Of a DNA stretch of 64,000 nucleotides, positions 61,500 to 64,000 are shown in pieces. The stretch's first letter is position 1. Every line of letters begins with the position of its first letter. Made by a program: the position numbers and the translations under genes. Origin of the DNA: an uncultured delta proteobacterium. Lineage in GTDB: Bacteria; Myxococcota_A; UBA9160; SZUA-336. The DNA lies in the NCBI GenBank assembly GCA_963704165.1, contig CAVPHD010000001.1:64001-128000 (forward strand). The letters run 5' to 3'. The notes under the pieces are model-generated. The model had not been told where the DNA came from. It searched no databases and was given only the letters and a program-made list of their open reading frames with translations.

Positions 61500-62207
61500 T
61501 CACGGGATCTTGAGGTTCGGGGCGTCACTCCGGATGTCGCGGACGGCTTCCATCAACATCTCTTTCAGCAGATCGGGGTACATGAAGTCGGACTTCATTA
61601 CGTAGATCCAACTGAGATTTCCGTCGGCTCGCCTGTAGTTCCTCTCCCAGAGCGTCGCATTGGTCGCCGAGTCGCGAAGGCTGAAGGTCACGTCGAGCTC
61701 GTTGTCCGCAGAGGTCGCGGGAAGACCGATGAACCACAGCAGGGGTCCATAGACCGAGAGTCCGTACGAGAAGATCTTCCCGCTGAAGTCGGTCGATCGG
61801 ATCGTCCCTTGAAGAACCAGTTCTCCGTCGGTCGCACGATGCGAGAAGAACACCTCCTTGAAGACGTTGGCGGAGTTCAGCTCCTCGGCCGCGGCCTTTG
61901 CGATGTCCTCGTTCGGGCGCCACATCCACAGGCCGCTGGTCATGTGCATCTGCGCGCCTTCGGGCGTCTTGTAGTCAGCCCATCCGAACGGCATCAACGG
62001 GATCGCGTACATCAACACCCGGTTCCGATTCTCGTTGACCCTCGTATCCATGAACGGAGGAACGGAGACCGACTTGTTCACGAGAACCGGACTGGTGGAG
62101 ATCGACTCGGCTCGATAGCTCCATGACTTCTGAGTGGCACAACCCAATGAGGTCACCAGCAGAATTCCGATCGTGACACGCGCACATGACTTGGCTGAAA
62201 ACAGCAT
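61500..62207 (-). CDS. Hypothetical lipoprotein
   Basis: ATG at 62207 after GAGG; SLGC lipobox; visibly less GC-biased than its neighbours. Confidence 0.65.
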   Translation of the reverse strand: MLFSAKSCARVTIGILLVTSLGCATQKSWSYRAESISTSPVLVNKSVSVPPFMDTRVNENRNRVLMYAIPLMPFGWADYKTPEGAQMHMTSGLWMWRPNEDIAKAAAEELNSANVFKEVFFSHRATDGELVLQGTIRSTDFSGKIFSYGLSVYGPLLWFIGLPATSADNELDVTFSLRDSATNATLWERNYRRADGNLSWIYVMKSDFMYPDLLKEMLMEAVRDIRSDAPNLKIP

Positions 62208-62248
62208 CCTCGGAACCTCCGACCAGAAGGTACTACAGACGCGAGACG

Positions 62249-64000
62249 CTATGCGAAAGAACTCGCGAACCCCGCACGGGCGAGCTCCGCGCGCAGCGCA
62301 CCGCCGGGCGTGAGCAGCCGGATCAGCGCGCGCACGGCCGGTCGTTGCAGGCGGCTCTTCGGCACGACGAAGTCGTAGTGCTCGCTGCGAAGCGGCCGAA
62401 ACCGGAGTCCGGACTCCCGCGCGATCGTCTCGATCGTCACGCCCCAGTCCGCGCGACCTTGCGCGATGGCCGCCGCAACCGCGTGATGCGAGCGAGGCTC
62501 GTACGCGTAACCGTCGGGGCGGCGAGAGCCGAGCAGGCCGTCGATCAGCACGCGTGTGCCACTGCCGCGGTTGCGGTTCACCATGCGCAGACTCGCATCG
62601 GCGACGAGCGCCTCGGTCGGACGCCGCTCGTCGTCGCGCGTGACCACGCCTTGCATGCGCAGGTAGCCCGGAACGAGCGCGAGCGTATCGTCGAGAAAGG
62701 GCGTGTTGTAGCAGTCGGACTTCGGATCGAGCAGGTGGGCGGGCGCGACGTCGCACTCGCCGCGCCGCGCCGCTTCGACCCCGCCGAGGGATCCGACCGC
62801 GAGCAGCTTCACCGTGAAGCCCTCCGCGAGCAGTGCGCGCGCGATCAGATCGAGCCCGGTGCAGTGGCTGCCGATCACGACCAGATCCGCCGGCGCGAGC
62901 GTGGGGCCGAGCAGCGTGACCTCGACCTCGGCGCCCGCTTCGACGATCTCGAGATTCCGCTCCAATCGCACGAAGCCATCGGCACGGCTCCAGGTCGTCA
63001 CGCTGCCGCTGCCCTTCCCCATCGGATACGCGCCGAGCCCGCCATCGGCTCCACGGACGAGACCGACGAGCAGATACTCGAGTCGTCCCCGTTCGGTGAG
63101 GGTGCGCAGCGCGAGATTCGCCTTCACGGTTTCGCGTTCGAGCTCCGGCGTGCCCGCGAGCCTGCGCAGAACCGGCGCGACGAACTCGTGAAACGTGAAG
63201 ACCGCCGAGGTGGGAAATCCGGGCAGGATCACGACGGGCTTTCCGCGCTGCGCCGCGAGGCAGATCGGTTTGCCGGGCTTCAGCGCGACGCCGTGGACGA
63301 GAATGCCGGGCTCGAGTCCCGCGACGACCCGGTAGGAGAGATCGCCTTCCCCCTTCGAGGTTCCTCCCGAAAGCACGACGGCGTCGCACTCCGCGAGTCC
63401 GCGGTCGAGCGCGCGCCGCAACGCCGCCTCCTCGTCGCGAAACGCGCCGAAGAAGACCGGCTCGCCGCCGAGCTCGCGGACGGCATCTGCGATCATGCGG
63501 CCGTTCGAATCGAAGACCAGTCCGGGCCGCATCGGCTCGCCCGGCGCGATGATCTCGTCGCCGGTGGAGATCACCGCGACGCGCGGCTTGCGCACCACGT
63601 CGATGCGGCAGATGCCGATCGCCGCGAGCACACCCGTCTCGCGCGAAGAGAGTCGCGTGCCTGCGAAGAGCACCGTTTCGCCGAGGCCGATGTCCGTTCC
63701 CGCGAACGCCACCGCAGCGCCGGGCACGCGTGCCGCGCGTACGACGACCATCCTCCCGCCATCCTCGATGTCGGTCAGCTCGACGGGCACGACGGCATCG
63801 GCGCCGCGCGGAAGCATGCCGCCGGTCGCGATCGAAGTCGCCGTTCCCGGATCGACGCTGAGTACGGGAGTCACGCCGGTCGGGATCGTCTCGTCGTTCA
63901 ATCGCAAGCGCACCGGTTCGAGCTCGCTCGCACCGAACGTGTCCTCGGCGCGGATCGCGAAGCCGTCCATGTTCGAACGGTCGAAGCTCGGCACGTCGAC
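62249..64000 (-). CDS. moeA: Molybdopterin molybdotransferase MoeA fused to a C-terminal periplasmic-binding-protein-like domain (5' end outside window)
   Basis: P.FDRS.MDGFA, IATGG.LP.GADAVV, STGDE, SGGTS.G.GD, KPGKP, LPGFP; C-terminal GSH...GS.GG...NR..GSGTR. Confidence 0.9.
   Translation of the reverse strand, partial: VDVPSFDRSNMDGFAIRAEDTFGASELEPVRLRLNDETIPTGVTPVLSVDPGTATSIATGGMLPRGADAVVPVELTDIEDGGRMVVVRAARVPGAAVAFAGTDIGLGETVLFAGTRLSSRETGVLAAIGICRIDVVRKPRVAVISTGDEIIAPGEPMRPGLVFDSNGRMIADAVRELGGEPVFFGAFRDEEAALRRALDRGLAECDAVVLSGGTSKGEGDLSYRVVAGLEPGILVHGVALKPGKPICLAAQRGKPVVILPGFPTSAVFTFHEFVAPVLRRLAGTPELERETVKANLALRTLTERGRLEYLLVGLVRGADGGLGAYPMGKGSGSVTTWSRADGFVRLERNLEIVEAGAEVEVTLLGPTLAPADLVVIGSHCTGLDLIARALLAEGFTVKLLAVGSLGGVEAARRGECDVAPAHLLDPKSDCYNTPFLDDTLALVPGYLRMQGVVTRDDERRPTEALVADASLRMVNRNRGSGTRVLIDGLLGSRRPDGYAYEPRSHHAVAAAIAQGRADWGVTIETIARESGLRFRPLRSEHYDFVVPKSRLQRPAVRALIRLLTPGGALRAELARAGFASSFA

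Noticed and set aside
1..64000. CRISPR arrays, IS elements, prophage, rRNA, riboswitches
   Set aside because: No regularly spaced repeats, transposase/integrase/phage motifs or convincing riboswitch consensus seen by eye; a covariance-model search was not possible

Overview
GC-rich bacterial chromosomal window; the gene content suggests a Myxococcota/Deltaproteobacteria-like organism (inference only). Most of it is housekeeping or metabolic: glcDEF, topB-aguB-aguA-dapF, typA, gph-PrpD-family-ICL-family, an adenylate cyclase-TPR-FN3 operon, tRNA-Asn, a PEP-CTERM protein, Rrf2-sufBCDSUT and a partial MoeA-PBP fusion. Two things stand out. (1) A four-gene secreted operon at 53067-61481 whose DUF11-type Ig domains are split. 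Subunits A and C end in a DUF11 domain lacking its last 'GxxIxNTATV' strand but carry that strand at their mature N-terminus. B has only the acceptor domain. A 1900-aa outer-membrane beta-barrel protein has the N-terminal donor strand but no C-terminal acceptor. This fits a donor-strand-polymerised, possibly isopeptide-crosslinked pilus with its own usher-like platform. (2) Two genes that the ORF track splits are very likely selenoproteins read through an in-frame UGA followed by a SECIS-like hairpin: an AhpD-like CxxU protein (14890-16176) and a UGSC-family protein (41766-42290). Several genes carry single-base insertions that look like sequencing errors.
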